Shown: positions 38,520 to 52,256, counted from the first letter of the stretch. The stretch: DNA of 64,000 bases from an uncultured bacterium (GCA_963757755.1 CAVWTK010000004.1:316073-380072); one strand, 5' to 3'. Numbers and translations are program-made. Notes: generated by a model from the sequence alone, not told the origin.

Positions 38520-39110
38520 ATGCCCGAATCGCGAGGCACCGGCGTCACAATCCGGATGTGCTACGAGAGCGCCATGGGGACGATGACGGATCCACCCGCC
38601 CGCCAGCCGGTAGCCGCCGATACCACCACCGACGCCAAGAATCCCTCGACCTGGCCGGCCGAGCGGCTGGCCCCGATCCAGACCGCTCTCGATCGCGGTC
38701 GAGCCACCGCCGGCGCCGCGGTGCGCGAGACGTTCGACCACACCGAGCGCCGTATGACCGCCGCCGAGTTCGTGGCGTTCTGGAACGGCATCCGTCTGAA
38801 AGCGATGGCGACCAGCGGACCGGACGGCGCGCCACACCTCGCACCGGTGCACGCCGACTTCGTCGACGGCCACCTGCGCTCGACCATCTACGAGAACGCG
38901 GTGCGGCGGCGCGACCTGCGCGACAACCCGCGCGTCTCCCTCACCACCTGGGGCGAGCATGGCGCCGCCGCCATCGTGCACGGCATCGCGCGCGAGATCC
39001 CCGACAGCCTGCGCGACACGCGCCCCGGCGCAACAGGCAACGCGCGCCGGACCGTCGCGCTGGAGATCGAGGTGACACGGATCTACGCGATGAAGGGAAG
39101 GACACCGTAG
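38520..39110 (+). CDS. Pyridoxamine 5'-phosphate oxidase (PPOX) family protein, possibly F420-dependent; start uncertain
   Basis: MTAAEFVAFWNGIRLKAMATSGPDGAPHLAPVHADFVDG...PRVSLTTW core. An N-terminal extension is of uncertain reality. Confidence 0.55.
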   Translation: MPESRGTGVTIRMCYESAMGTMTDPPARQPVAADTTTDAKNPSTWPAERLAPIQTALDRGRATAGAAVRETFDHTERRMTAAEFVAFWNGIRLKAMATSGPDGAPHLAPVHADFVDGHLRSTIYENAVRRRDLRDNPRVSLTTWGEHGAAAIVHGIAREIPDSLRDTRPGATGNARRTVALEIEVTRIYAMKGRTP

Positions 39111-39240
39111 GACGAAGATCGAGCTCGAGGACAGAGGAGCGAAGGACGAAGGATCAACGGCGAACGGACGACAGGGAGTTCGTCCTTCGTCATTCGTCTT
39201 GGTCTTTCGCCTTTCGTCCTGGGTCGTGCGTCCCCTGTCC
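39108..39240. repeat. Repeat family 3 copy A (GGACGAAGGACGAAGG / CCTTCGTCCTTCGTC hairpin arrays) 3' of convergent genes
   Basis: ggacgaag...gaaggacgaaggatcaacgg...gtccttcgtcattcgtcttggtctttcgcctttcgtcc. Confidence 0.7.
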
Positions 39241-39244
39241 GCTC

Positions 39245-39961
39245 TCACGCCGCCCTTCGGTATCGCGTCGGATCGGACTCCGCCGTCTGCAGCCCCAGCG
39301 CATCGGCGATCGCGGCGCGCGCACGCGCGGCGAGCTCGCGGCGGCTCAGACCGTATGGGTCGATGGGTTGGCAGAAGATGACCTCGACGGTCAGACGCGG
39401 CTCGGCGAGGAGCAGGCGCAGCGAGTCGGCGACCGTCATCTCGCCGACGAACGGCGCGGCCGACGAGTGGCGGCCGGCGACATCGCGATAGCGCAGGGCC
39501 ACCGGCTGCACGCGCGCCCCGGTCAGCACGGCGGCCTGGAACAGGGCGGGGTAGAACGGCAGCAGCGCCCGCCCGTCGCTGGTCGTCGCCTCGGGGAAGG
39601 CTGCCACCGACTCCCCGCGGCAGAGGGCGTCCGCCATCGCGCCGACGGTGCGCGCGGCGGAGCGAAAGCAGCCGCGCTTGATGAAAATGGTGCCGAAGCG
39701 CTGCGCGATGACGCCGATCACCGGCCAGCCGGCGACCTCCGACTTCGCGACGAAGCGCGGCGCGTCGACGGTGTGGATCGCATAGGTGTCGAGCCAGGAG
39801 ACGTGGTTGGCGACCAGCAGGGCCGCCTCGGCGGCCGGCGCGCCGTGGACGCGCACCTCGACGGCGAGCGCGCGCAGAAGCCGCCGCGCCCAGCCCCGCA
39901 TCAGGCGAGCGCGCGCGTTCGGTCGCTGCCGCGGCACGACCGCATGGGCCCCCACCCACAT
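39245..39961 (-). CDS. olsA: Lysophospholipid acyltransferase (PlsC family), likely OlsA of ornithine-lipid synthesis
   Basis: LVANHVSWLDTYAI (HX4D), FPEATTSDG. Immediately downstream of an OlsB-like GNAT gene. Confidence 0.6.
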   Translation of the reverse strand: MWVGAHAVVPRQRPNARARLMRGWARRLLRALAVEVRVHGAPAAEAALLVANHVSWLDTYAIHTVDAPRFVAKSEVAGWPVIGVIAQRFGTIFIKRGCFRSAARTVGAMADALCRGESVAAFPEATTSDGRALLPFYPALFQAAVLTGARVQPVALRYRDVAGRHSSAAPFVGEMTVADSLRLLLAEPRLTVEVIFCQPIDPYGLSRRELAARARAAIADALGLQTAESDPTRYRRAA

Positions 39962-40025
39962 GCGCAGGAGGAGCCCCAAGAGGCGCGCGCAGCGGAGCAG
40001 CCGCGTGCGCGACGCGGGGCCGCGA

Positions 40026-40775
40026 TCAGGCGGCGCGGAGGAGACGTTCCACATAGCGGGGGTTGGCGCGCGCGACATCCAGGCGGATGAGCAGATCCGC
40101 GGTGCGGAACTCCGGATCCCAGGCCGGCGGCCCACACACCTCGGCGCCGAGGCGGAGATAGCCCTTGAGGAGCGGCGGGAGCGGCGGCTCGGCAACGTCG
40201 CACCATCCTTCCAGCACGAAGGCCTGCTTCGGCGACACGTGCCAGGTCGGCGGCGCGAGGTGATCGCGCAGCAGTCGGCGACAGACGCTGGCGGCAACAT
40301 GACCGCCGTCCGCGGTGCCGATGCTGGCGCAGCCGATGGCGAAGGCGCCCGCGTGGGCGCGCAGGTAGCGCATCAGGCCGCCCCAGAGGAGCGCGATCAC
40401 CACGCCGGTGCGGTAGTCCGGATCGACGCAGGCGCGGCCGACCTCGACGATCCGGTCGCGCTCGCCGACGAGGCGCGCGACGTCGAACTCGCCGGCGCAG
40501 TACCAGCCGCCGGCGGCCGCCGCGCGCGCCGGCGGCAACATCCGGTAGGTGCCGACGACGCGGTCGGTGGAGCGCTCGCAGACCAGCAGGTGCTCGCAAT
40601 GCCCGTCCCAGCGGTCGCGATCGAGGCCGCCCGTCGCATCCGCGAGGCGGGCGCCCATTTCGAGTGCGAACACCTCGTAGCGCAGGCGCTGCGCGGCCCG
40701 CACGTCGGCCGCCGATTTCGCCAGACGCACCGTGAAGGGCAACTGGGGTGTGGCGTGGGTTTCGTGAGTCAGCAT
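40026..40775 (-). CDS. olsB: GNAT-family N-acyltransferase, OlsB-like (lyso-ornithine lipid synthase)
   Basis: LRYEVFALEMGARL...DRWDGHCEHLLVCERSTDRVVGTYRML...DPDYRTG pattern of OlsB / hemolysin-like N-acyltransferases. Gene order is olsB then olsA. Confidence 0.6.
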   Translation of the reverse strand: MLTHETHATPQLPFTVRLAKSAADVRAAQRLRYEVFALEMGARLADATGGLDRDRWDGHCEHLLVCERSTDRVVGTYRMLPPARAAAAGGWYCAGEFDVARLVGERDRIVEVGRACVDPDYRTGVVIALLWGGLMRYLRAHAGAFAIGCASIGTADGGHVAASVCRRLLRDHLAPPTWHVSPKQAFVLEGWCDVAEPPLPPLLKGYLRLGAEVCGPPAWDPEFRTADLLIRLDVARANPRYVERLLRAA

Positions 40776-40958
40776 CGTCACCTCCTGCACCTCTCCCCTC
40801 CGCAACTGCACGGTAGGGATGACAGGTGACGGCGTGATGACGGCGCGGCGAAACCTTCGTGACGGGACGAAGTCGAGGCAAGCCGCCAACGACGCCAGGA
40901 CCCGCCCGGGGAGACACCATCCCTGGCGGTCGTGGCGTCCTGGGCGGCTTGCCGGGAG

Positions 40959-41495
40959 TCAGCCGCGCTCGCGGGAGGCGGCGAGGCGGGCGCTGAGTCC
41001 CTGCGGGTCGGCGATGTCGGCGATCGATATGCCGTCGAGATAGGCGGCGAGGCGCCGCTGCGCCCCTCGCCAGATGTCGATCTGCGAGCAGACCGGGTCG
41101 AAGCTGCAGACATCGCCGCGCAGGCAGTCGATCAGCGCCAGCTCGCCCTCGACCGCTTCGTAGACCTGGCGAATGGTCACGGCCGACGGCGGCCGGCTCA
41201 GGCGGAAGCCGCCGTGGACGCCGGACACCGACTCGAGCAGGCCGGCGGCCACCAGACGGCGCAGGATCTTGGCGAGGAAGGAGCGCGGGATGTGCTGGCG
41301 GGACTCGATCTCGGCGCGCCCGACGACGCGAGAGTCGGGCTGCGCGGCCAGGTAGGCGAGCGCCCGCACGGCGTAGTCGACGCGGCGACCGACGTGCATG
41401 AGCGAGCTGCGCGCCCCGCGACCCGGCGCGACGACGCGTGGGGCCCGGGCGGAATCGGCCGGTGCGCCGGAAGCGCCCTTGGGCTTGTCAGCCAT
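40959..41495 (-). CDS. Rrf2-family transcriptional regulator (IscR/NsrR-like, with 3 Cys)
   Basis: MHVGRRVDYAVRALAYLA...IPRSFLAKILRRLVAAGLLESVSGVHGGFRL and CLRGDVCSFDPVC. Confidence 0.8.
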   Translation of the reverse strand: MADKPKGASGAPADSARAPRVVAPGRGARSSLMHVGRRVDYAVRALAYLAAQPDSRVVGRAEIESRQHIPRSFLAKILRRLVAAGLLESVSGVHGGFRLSRPPSAVTIRQVYEAVEGELALIDCLRGDVCSFDPVCSQIDIWRGAQRRLAAYLDGISIADIADPQGLSARLAASRERG

Positions 41496-41666
41496 GTCTC
41501 ATCGCTGCTGCACGCAGTCGCAGCTGAGCTTGCACGCGTCGGCAAGTCAACGTAGGGAGCCGTGTGGCAGTGGTTGGGGGTGCCGGGCACGCCCCCGAAG
41601 CGGCACTCCCGGGCTGATTTCACGTGCAGCTCTGCTAGGGTGGGAGCGCCGCGTAGGAGGCGGCGC

Positions 41667-44433
41667 ATGGATCTGGATTTCATCCTGCGGGCAAACCCCG
41701 ATTACGTCGACGATCTGTACCGGCAGTACCGGCGCGATCCCGGATCCGTCGGTGCCGACTGGGCGCACTTCTTCGCCGGCTTCGAGCTCGGCACCAACGG
41801 ACGCCCCGCAGCACCGACGGCGGCGCGCCAGGCCGAGCCCGTCGTCGGCGTCTTCGACCTGATCCACTCCTACCGCGAGCTCGGCCACCTGATCGCCGAC
41901 CTCGACCCGCTCGGCGGCAACCTGACCGAGCATCCGCTGCTGGCGACTGGCGGAGTTCGGCTTCGCGCGAAGACGACCTCGACCGCGTCGTCGCAGTGCC
42001 CGACGCTTCCGCGGCCAGCCGCAGGCGACGCTGCGCGAGCTGATCGCGCTCCTGCGCGCCACCTACTGCGGCACGCTCGCCGTCGAGTACATGTACATCT
42101 CCGACAAGGCGCAGCGCGACTGGCTGCAAGGAGCACATGGAGCCGACGCTCAACGAGCCCGGCGCTCGAGCGTCGAGGATCGCGCGCACGTCTTCGAGCA
42201 AGCTCGGCGGCCGCCACCGGCTTCGAGGAGTTCCTCCAGACCAAGTACGTCGGCCAGAAGCGCTTCTCGCTCGAGGGCGCCGAGGCGCTCATCCCGCTGC
42301 TCGACACGCTGATCGAGGACGCCGGCGAGCGCCGGCGTCGAGGAGATCGTCATGGGCATGCCGCACCGCGGCCGCCTGAACGTGCTCGCCAACATCCTGC
42401 GCAAGCCGTACGAGATGATCCTCGCCGAGTTCGAGGGCACCTTCCTGCCCGCGCGACATCCAGGGCGACGGCGACGTGAAGTACCACCTCGGCTACGCGC
42501 GCGACCACGATCACGCGCAGCGGGCGCAAGGTGCACGTCTCGCTGCTCTCCAACCCGAGCCATCTCGAAGCCGTCAACCCGGTCGTCGAGGGCATCGTGC
42601 GCGCCAAGCAGATGCATCCGCCACGACGCCGACGGCGCGACGGTGATGCCGCTGCTGATCCACGGCGACGCCGCGTTCACCGGCCAGGGGCTCGTCGCCG
42701 AGACGCTGTCGCTGTCCGAGCTCGCCGCCTATCGCACCGGCGGCACCATCCACGTCATCATCAACAACCAGGTCGGCTTCACGACCTCGCCCGACGGACT
42801 ACCGCTTCACGCGCTACGCCGAGCGACGTCGCCAAGATCATCCAGGCGCCGGTCTTCCACGTCAACGGCGACGATCCGGAAGCCGCCGTGCAGGCGGCGC
42901 GGCTGGCGGCCGCGCTTCCGCGACGCGTTCCGCGTCGACGTCATCATCGACCTCGTCTGCTACCGCCGGCACGGCCACAACGAGACCGACGACCCGACCT
43001 TCACGCAGCCGACGATGTACAGCGATCATCGACCAGCTGCCGACCGTCGCGCGAGCTCTACGGCGCGGCGCCTGGTCGAGCACGGGCGTCCTCGACGAGG
43101 CCGACGTCGCAGCGCTACAAGACGGAGTTGCGCGAGCTGCTCGAGGACGCGCTCAACTACGCGCGCGACTTCATGCCGCGCCAGCAGGTGTTCGCGCTCG
43201 GCGGCGTGTGGAAGGGGTTCGGCTGGGCGGGCGACGACTGGAGCGCGCAGACCGCCGTGCCGGCGCCGACGCTGCATGCGCCGTCGCCGACGGCGCGCTG
43301 CCGCATCCCCGAGGGCTTCGACGCGCATCCGCAAGGTGCGCAAGCTGCTCGACGAGCGCGCCGCCGCGGTGCCGCAACGGCGAGCGGCATCGACTGGGGC
43401 TGCGCCGAGATGCTCGCCTTCGGCACGCTGCTGCTGCGAGGGCACCAACGTCCGCCTCGCCGGGCAGGACAGCGGCCGCGGCACGTTCAGCCACCGCCAC
43501 GCCGTGCTGCACGACCGCACCACCGCCGCGCGCTACGTGCCGCTGCAGCACCTGGCGCCGACGAACAGGGCTGGTTCGCAGATCATCGACACGCATGCTG
43601 TCGGAAGCCGCGGTGCTCGGCTTCGAGTACGGCTTCAGCTCGGCCGATCCGCGCAACCTGGTGCTCTGGGAGGCGCAGTTCGGCGACTTCGCCAACGGCG
43701 CGCAGGTGATGATCGACCAGTTCATCTGCTCGGCGGAATCGAAGTGGCAGCGCATGAGCGGCCTGGTGATGCTGCTGCCGCACGGCTACGAGGGCCAGGG
43801 GCCGGAGCACTCGAGCGCGCGCCTCGAGCGCTATCTGCAGCTCTGCGCCGAGGACAACATGCAGGTCTGCAACCTGACCACGCCGGCGCAGTACTTCCAC
43901 GCCCTGCGCCGGCAGATGCACCGCACCTTCCGCAAGCCGCTGGTGGTCATGAGCCCGAAGAGCCTGCTGCGCCACAAGCTGGCGGTGTCGATCGTCGGCC
44001 GACGCTGACCGACGGCACGCTTCCAGCCCGTGCTGCCGCGAGCCGGCGGCGCTCGATGCCGCCGACGGTGCGCCGCGTGCTGCTGTGCAGCGGCAAGGTC
44101 TACTACGACCTCGCTGGCGGCGCGCGAGAGCGCGACGTCGCCGACGTCGCCATCGTCCGCGTCGAGCAGCTCTACCCGTTCCCGAGCGACGAGATCGCCG
44201 CGGCGCTGGCGCCGTACACCGCGGCGACGCGAGGTGTGTCTGGGTGCAGGAAGAGCCGTGGAACATGGGCGCCTGGCACTTCATGCTCGCAGCGCCTGCT
44301 GCCGCTGCTCGGCGGACCGGCTCGCTGCGCTACATCGGGCGCGACGAGGCGGCGAGCCCGGCGACCGGATCCTACAAGATCGCACCAGGCCGAAGCAGGC
44401 CGAGCATCATCGACCACGCGCTGAGGAAGCGCC

Positions 44434-44444
<11 letters not shown>
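41667..44444 (+). CDS. sucA: 2-oxoglutarate dehydrogenase E1 component, at least 5 frameshifts
   Basis: [85 protein letters not shown] across three frames. Confidence 0.85.
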
Positions 44445-47225
<2,781 letters not shown>

Positions 47226-47265
47226 ACGGCGGGCGAAGCAGCGCGCTTCGCCCGCCATCCGCAGC

Positions 47266-47724
47266 TCAGGCCGCTTCGACGATCTCCTCGTGGATCGGGA
47301 ACTCGTCGGCTGGCACCGGGGCCATCGCACCCAGCAGCTGCTTGCGCACGGCGTTGGGTACCATGCCCAGGAGCTCACAGAGGTTCACGAACGAGTACGG
47401 CCAGGCGCGCTCGTTCGAGACGATCCACTGGTACGCTTCCCAATAGAGACGCTGCTGACGACGCCGCACCGCAAAGCGGAACTTCTGAAGATCGAAGACC
47501 GCCTCCCAGAGCACGGCCAGCGCCAACGCCCGCTCCGGCGAGATCGATCGGGAGCGGTACCAGATGTCAGCGAACTGTGAGGGAAGGGCCGCCTCGGGGA
47601 TCAGCGCGTCATCGGACACGCCCGACCACATCTGCGGTACGCCACGTCCACCACTGCTCATTCCTCGGTTGCTCATAAGTCGCCTTCTTTGTCCTCCGGA
47701 TTTGAACAGCTGTTCACTTATCAT
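47266..47724 (-). CDS. Hypothetical protein; start uncertain, 5' end in a ~50% GC island
   Basis: Open frame with no recognisable domain ([28 protein letters not shown]). Confidence 0.3.
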   Translation of the reverse strand: MISEQLFKSGGQRRRLMSNRGMSSGGRGVPQMWSGVSDDALIPEAALPSQFADIWYRSRSISPERALALAVLWEAVFDLQKFRFAVRRRQQRLYWEAYQWIVSNERAWPYSFVNLCELLGMVPNAVRKQLLGAMAPVPADEFPIHEEIVEAA

Positions 47725-47969
47725 AGACAGTCGAGGTCCACAATTGATTCAACCCAACATTCGTTGGTTTTCAGGGGCGGCTGACGCCGTTCCAGGTGGG
47801 ACCCAGATGCACGGCTCGCGTGCCCCCAATTGAGTATCGAAAGAAACCTCACGTACTCAGGCATTTGCGTCCAATCAGCTCGAAACTGGCTTGAAACCTC
47901 GGCAGCCGTCCCGCTGGCGACCCGAGTCGCTACCGTGCTACGAGCGCCGGCCATCCGGGAGGGATTTCG

Positions 47970-49182
47970 ATGCACGAAGTGCTCGAGGGGATACGGGTCG
48001 TCGAGGTCGCCCAGTGGTGGTTCGTACCCGCCGCCGGTGCCGTGCTGGCCGACTGGGGGGCCGAGGTCGTCAAGGTCGAGCACCCGGAGACCGGCGATCC
48101 GATGCGCGGACTGGTGAGCTCGGGTCTGATTCCCGGCGCCGGGCAGGTGAACTTCATGGTCGAGCAACCGAACCGCGGCAAGCGCGGCATTGGCATCGAC
48201 CTCGCCAAGCCGGAGGGCCTGGAGCTGCTCTACCGGCTGGTTGAGAACGCCGACGTCTTCCTCACCAGCTTCCTGCCCGCCGCCCGCCGCAAGCTGAAGA
48301 TCGACGCCGAGGACATCCGCCGGGTCAACCCGAGCATCATCTACGCGCGTGGTCACGGTCAGGGCGCGCGTGGCCCCGACGCCGAGCGCGGTGGCTACGA
48401 CGCCGCCTCCTTCTGGTGCCGCGGCAGCATCTGCAACGCCCTGACGCCGGCCGGTGCCGGGACGCCGGTGATGCAACGGGCGGCGTTCGGCGACTCGACC
48501 GGCGGCCTGGCGCTGGCCGGCGGCATCGCCGCGGCCCTGTTCAAACGCGAGCGCACCGGCAGCGGGTCCATCGTCGACCTCTCGCTGCTCGGCACCGCGA
48601 TGTGGCTGATGGCGCCCGACATCATCGCCAGCGCGCTGTCGGCCAGCGCCATGCCGCAGTTCACGCGCGCCGACGCGCCGAACCCGATCGTCAACAGCTA
48701 CCGCACCAAGGACGGACGCTGGCTGTTCCTCAACATGCTGCAGCCCGACCGCTTCTGGCCGGATCTCTGCCGGCGCATCGGCCATCCGGAGCTGATCGAC
48801 GACGAGCGCTTCAAGGACGGCATGTCGCGCTTCATGAACCGGACCGACTGCGTCAGCCGACTCGACGAGATCTTCGCTCAACGCACCCTCGACGAGTGGC
48901 GCACCACGCTCGCCGACGCCGAAGGCGTCTGGGCGCCGATGCAGAAAGCGGGCGAGATCCCCGCCGACGCGCAGGCCAAAGCCAACGGCTATCTCCTCCC
49001 GGTCGAGCACGCCGACGGCACCACCTTCCCGCTGGTCAGCCAACCCGCTCCAGTTCGACGAGACGCCGCCCTCCGTGACCCGCGCCCCCGACCTCGGCCA
49101 GCACACCGAGGAGATCCTCCTCGAGCTCGGCCTCGGGTGGGAGGACATCGCGGCGTACAAGGAGGCGGGAGCGATATCGTGA
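47970..49182 (+). CDS. CoA-transferase family III (CaiB/BaiF-like); single 1-nt frameshift near the 3' end
   Basis: MHEVLEGIRVVEVAQWWFVPAAGAVLADWGAEVVKVEHPETGDPMRG. The C-terminus ...PLQFDETPPSVTRAPDLGQHTEEIL is recovered in the +1 frame. An extra base sits in agccaaccc. Confidence 0.8.
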
Positions 49183-49194
49183 GGGAGGGGATCA

Positions 49195-49260
49195 GGGACG
49201 AAGGATGAAGAAGCGGCGGCCTTCGTCCTTCGTCTTCTATCCTTCGTCCTTCACCTTGAT
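49195..49260. repeat. Repeat family 3 copy B
   Basis: gggacgaaggatgaagaagcggcggccttcgtccttcgtcttctatccttcgtccttcacc. Confidence 0.7.
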
Positions 49261-50334
49261 CCACCGATGCTCGCGCGACGACGCTCGCGCCGCATCCATC
49301 ACCGTCTGCACCGCGACGCCGTCGGCGAAGGTCGCTGCCGCGGGGAAGGCGACGGGCCGGCCCTCGATGGCGTCGGCGAAGCGCTCGGCCATGCGCACGA
49401 ACGAGGGGAACTCCCAGCGCGCGAAGGAGCCGCTGTCGGGCGGGATCTCCGCGGCAGGGAGAGCCAGGTCGGCGTCGAGCGCGACCGGCGCGGCGCGCAG
49501 GGCGGGGCCCGCGCGCCAGAGCTCACCGCGCTCGTCGATCCACGCGGTCCCGTCGGCGCCGGCGACGCGCGCCAGGGTGAGGCGCGGGCCCCAGCTCACG
49601 GCTGACTGCTGCATCATGCCTTCGGCGCCGCAGGCCATGCGGAACAGTAGCGAAAACGTGTCGTCGGCCGGCGCGGACGCCGGACCCGCCGCGCTCTCGT
49701 GTCGCTGACGCTGAAACGCGTCGACCAACGCGGCGACCGAATCGAATTCCCCCGCCCATTCGCGCACGGCGTCGATCAGGTGCGATCCCGAGGCGCCGAG
49801 CCAGCCGCCGCCGCTGGCGGCGTCGAACCACCACGCCGGCGCCGGCCGATTCGGATCGGCATACAGCGTGCTCATCGCCAGGGTCGTGACGAGGCGCGGC
49901 GCGCCCAGCGCACCGGCGCGCAGCAGCCGGGTCAGCATCGCGCGGCTCGGATCGAAACGAAATTCGTGATCGATCATGCCGACGACACCCGCCGCACGGA
50001 CCGCCGCCAGCATCGCCTGCGCCTCCGCCAGCGTGCGCGCCATCGGCTTCTCGCAGAGGACGTGCAGACCCGCACTCGCGGCGGCAACCGTGTAGGCGGC
50101 GTGGGTGTCCGGCGGCGTCGCCACCGAGACCGCCTGGACGCCGGGCAGCGCGAGCGCGTCGTCGCAGCGCGTCAACGCGCCCGGCACGCCGAGGCGCGCC
50201 GCCAGCTCCGCGGTGTGATCGCGCCGGCGACCGACCAGCGCCACGACGTCGAAGCGCCCGCTGGCGCGCAACGCCGGCACCTGAATGCGCGCGCCGAACC
50301 CGGTGCCAATGACGGCAATCGCGATGCGGCCCAT
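49237..50334 (-). CDS. Gfo/Idh/MocA-family oxidoreductase
   Basis: IAIAVIGTGFGARIQVPAL Rossmann N-terminus and EKPMARTLAEAQAM. Confidence 0.75.
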   Translation of the reverse strand: MGRIAIAVIGTGFGARIQVPALRASGRFDVVALVGRRRDHTAELAARLGVPGALTRCDDALALPGVQAVSVATPPDTHAAYTVAAASAGLHVLCEKPMARTLAEAQAMLAAVRAAGVVGMIDHEFRFDPSRAMLTRLLRAGALGAPRLVTTLAMSTLYADPNRPAPAWWFDAASGGGWLGASGSHLIDAVREWAGEFDSVAALVDAFQRQRHESAAGPASAPADDTFSLLFRMACGAEGMMQQSAVSWGPRLTLARVAGADGTAWIDERGELWRAGPALRAAPVALDADLALPAAEIPPDSGSFARWEFPSFVRMAERFADAIEGRPVAFPAAATFADGVAVQTVMDAARASSREHRWIKVKDEG

Positions 50335-50449
50335 GCGGGCGCAGCTGAGCACAGAACGCGTCGCCTGCCTACGATGAGCCGTGGCATTCGCGAGCAGCCC
50401 CGGAGATCGGACGTGCCACCGCCGCGCGTCCAAAGCATGTATGTCGCCG

Positions 50450-50537
50450 TCTAGAGATGCGGGCGAGCCGCCCGCGCTCCCAGCCGCGGCCTTGGGTTCC
50501 CGCGCCGGGAGCGCGGGCGGCTCGCCCGCATCTCTAG
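50450..50537. repeat. Palindromic repeat family 4, full copy (31 bp arms, 25 nt loop) in a divergent promoter region
   Basis: tctagagatgcgggcgagccgcccgcgctccc ... gggagcgcgggcggctcgcccgcatctctag, a near-perfect inverted repeat. Confidence 0.75.
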
Positions 50538-50609
50538 CGCCTCACGAACCGACGTAGCCACGCCTGCCGTGTGGCCATCGCCGCCGATCTGTGGTTTCAC
50601 CACTCGATG

Positions 50610-52100
50610 ACCACACGTCAGCCAGTCGTCATCGGCGTCGGCCAGCTCACCCTTCGCGCCGGCGATCCGAGCCAAGTGATGGAACCACTCGCCATGATGG
50701 TTGAGGTGGCGCGTCGCGCCGCCGCCGACGCGGGCATTGGCGACCGCTTGCGCGAGGTGGACGAGCTCACGGTGATCAACATCATCGCGCGCGCCTACGC
50801 CGATCCGCCACGCTTTCTGGCCGAGCGCCTCGGGATGACGCCGCGCCAGAGCTGGTACACCGCCCTCGGCGGCAACTCGCCGCAATGGCGCGTCAACGAG
50901 ACGGCCGCGCGCATCGCCCGCGGCGAGGTGCGGCTGGCGCTGATCGCCGGCGCCGAAGCCGTGGCCGGTCTGCAGATGGCGCGCAAGGCCGGCGTCAAGC
51001 TGGCGTGGGCGGAAGAAGGCACTCCCGCGACCGTGGGCGAGAGCCGCTGGGGCAACAACGAGACCGAGCAGCACCACCACGCACAGATGCCGACGTCGGT
51101 GTACCCCCTCTTCGAGAACGCGCTGCGCGCGCATCGCGGCTGGAGCATCGACCGCCATCGCGCCCATCTCGGGGCGCTGTGCGCGCGCCTCGCGGCCGTC
51201 GCCAAAGAGAACCCCTACGCCTGGTTTCGCGACGGGAAGTCGGCGGAGGAGATCACCACCGTCAGCGACGCCAACCGCATGATCGGCTGGCCGTATCCGA
51301 AGTACATGAATGCCATCATCGCGGTGGATCAGGCGGCCGCGCTACTGCTCACCGACAGCGAGACGGCGCGCGAGCTCGGCGTGCCGGAGGAGCGCTGGGT
51401 GTACGTCGTCGGCTGCGGCGACGCCACCGACCACTGGTACATCAGCGACCGCGTCAACTACTGGACCTCTCCCGCCATACGCACCGCCGGCGTGCAGGCG
51501 CTGGAGCAGGCGCGGCTGTCGATCGACGAGGTCGACTACTTCGATCTCTACAGCTGCTTCCCCTGCGCCGTGCAGATCAGCGCCGACATGCTGGGCATCC
51601 CCATGGACGATCCGCGGCCCCTGACCGTCACCGGCGCCCTGCCCTACCACGGCGGCCCCGGCAACAACTTCGTCACGCATTCGGTGGCATCGATGGTCGG
51701 CCGTCTCCGCGCGACTCCGGGCCGTCGGGGCCTGGTGACCGGCGTGGGCTGGTACCTCACCAAGCATGCCGTCGGCATCTACCAAAGTGCGCCGCCGACG
51801 CACGGCTTCGCGCGCGTCGATCCCGCGACCTACCAGAGGACCATCGATGCCGAGCCGCATCCCGAGCTGGCGCTGGCCGCCGAAGGTGCAGCGACGGTCG
51901 AGACCTACACCGTCACCCACGATCGCGAGGGCAATCCGGCGCTCGGTATCGTCGTCGCTCGCCTCGCCGACGGCCGCCGCTGCTGGGCGAATCTGACGGA
52001 CGCCGACGTCCTCCGCCGCATCGAGCGCGAGGAGTTCATCGGCGCCAGCGGCCAGGTCCGGCATCACGCATCGACCCAGACGAATGTGTTCGAACCGTAG
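50610..52100 (+). CDS. Thiolase-like protein (SCP-x/Ltp-type) with a C-terminal OB-fold-like (DUF35-like) extension
   Basis: VVIGVGQLT, nucleophile region ALGGNSPQ. C-terminal thiolase region GALPYHGGPGNNF. Tail ETYTVTHDREGNPALGIVVARLADG. Confidence 0.65.
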   Translation, partial: TTRQPVVIGVGQLTLRAGDPSQVMEPLAMMVEVARRAAADAGIGDRLREVDELTVINIIARAYADPPRFLAERLGMTPRQSWYTALGGNSPQWRVNETAARIARGEVRLALIAGAEAVAGLQMARKAGVKLAWAEEGTPATVGESRWGNNETEQHHHAQMPTSVYPLFENALRAHRGWSIDRHRAHLGALCARLAAVAKENPYAWFRDGKSAEEITTVSDANRMIGWPYPKYMNAIIAVDQAAALLLTDSETARELGVPEERWVYVVGCGDATDHWYISDRVNYWTSPAIRTAGVQALEQARLSIDEVDYFDLYSCFPCAVQISADMLGIPMDDPRPLTVTGALPYHGGPGNNFVTHSVASMVGRLRATPGRRGLVTGVGWYLTKHAVGIYQSAPPTHGFARVDPATYQRTIDAEPHPELALAAEGAATVETYTVTHDREGNPALGIVVARLADGRRCWANLTDADVLRRIEREEFIGASGQVRHHASTQTNVFEP

Positions 52101-52109
52101 TACCGAACG

Positions 52110-52195
52110 ATGCCAGACAACGGACGAAGACCAACGACCAACGGGACATCCTCGTTCCTGATCCTTCGTCTTTCAGCCTTCGTCCTTCGTCCCAC
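52110..52195. repeat. Repeat family 3 copy C
   Basis: cggacgaagaccaacgaccaacgggacatcctcgttcctgatccttcgtctttcagccttcgtccttcgtccc. Confidence 0.7.
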
Positions 52196-52256
52196 GCAGT
52201 TGACAACCCACTGGCGGGGCGCGATCTACGCCCCACACTTGTAAGGAGGAAACACC

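Noticed and set aside
47640-47720. Possible tRNA fragment (ggatttgaac resembles a T-loop complement)
   Set aside because: No complementary T-stem, acceptor stem or anticodon arm could be built around it. It lies inside a candidate ORF 5' end.
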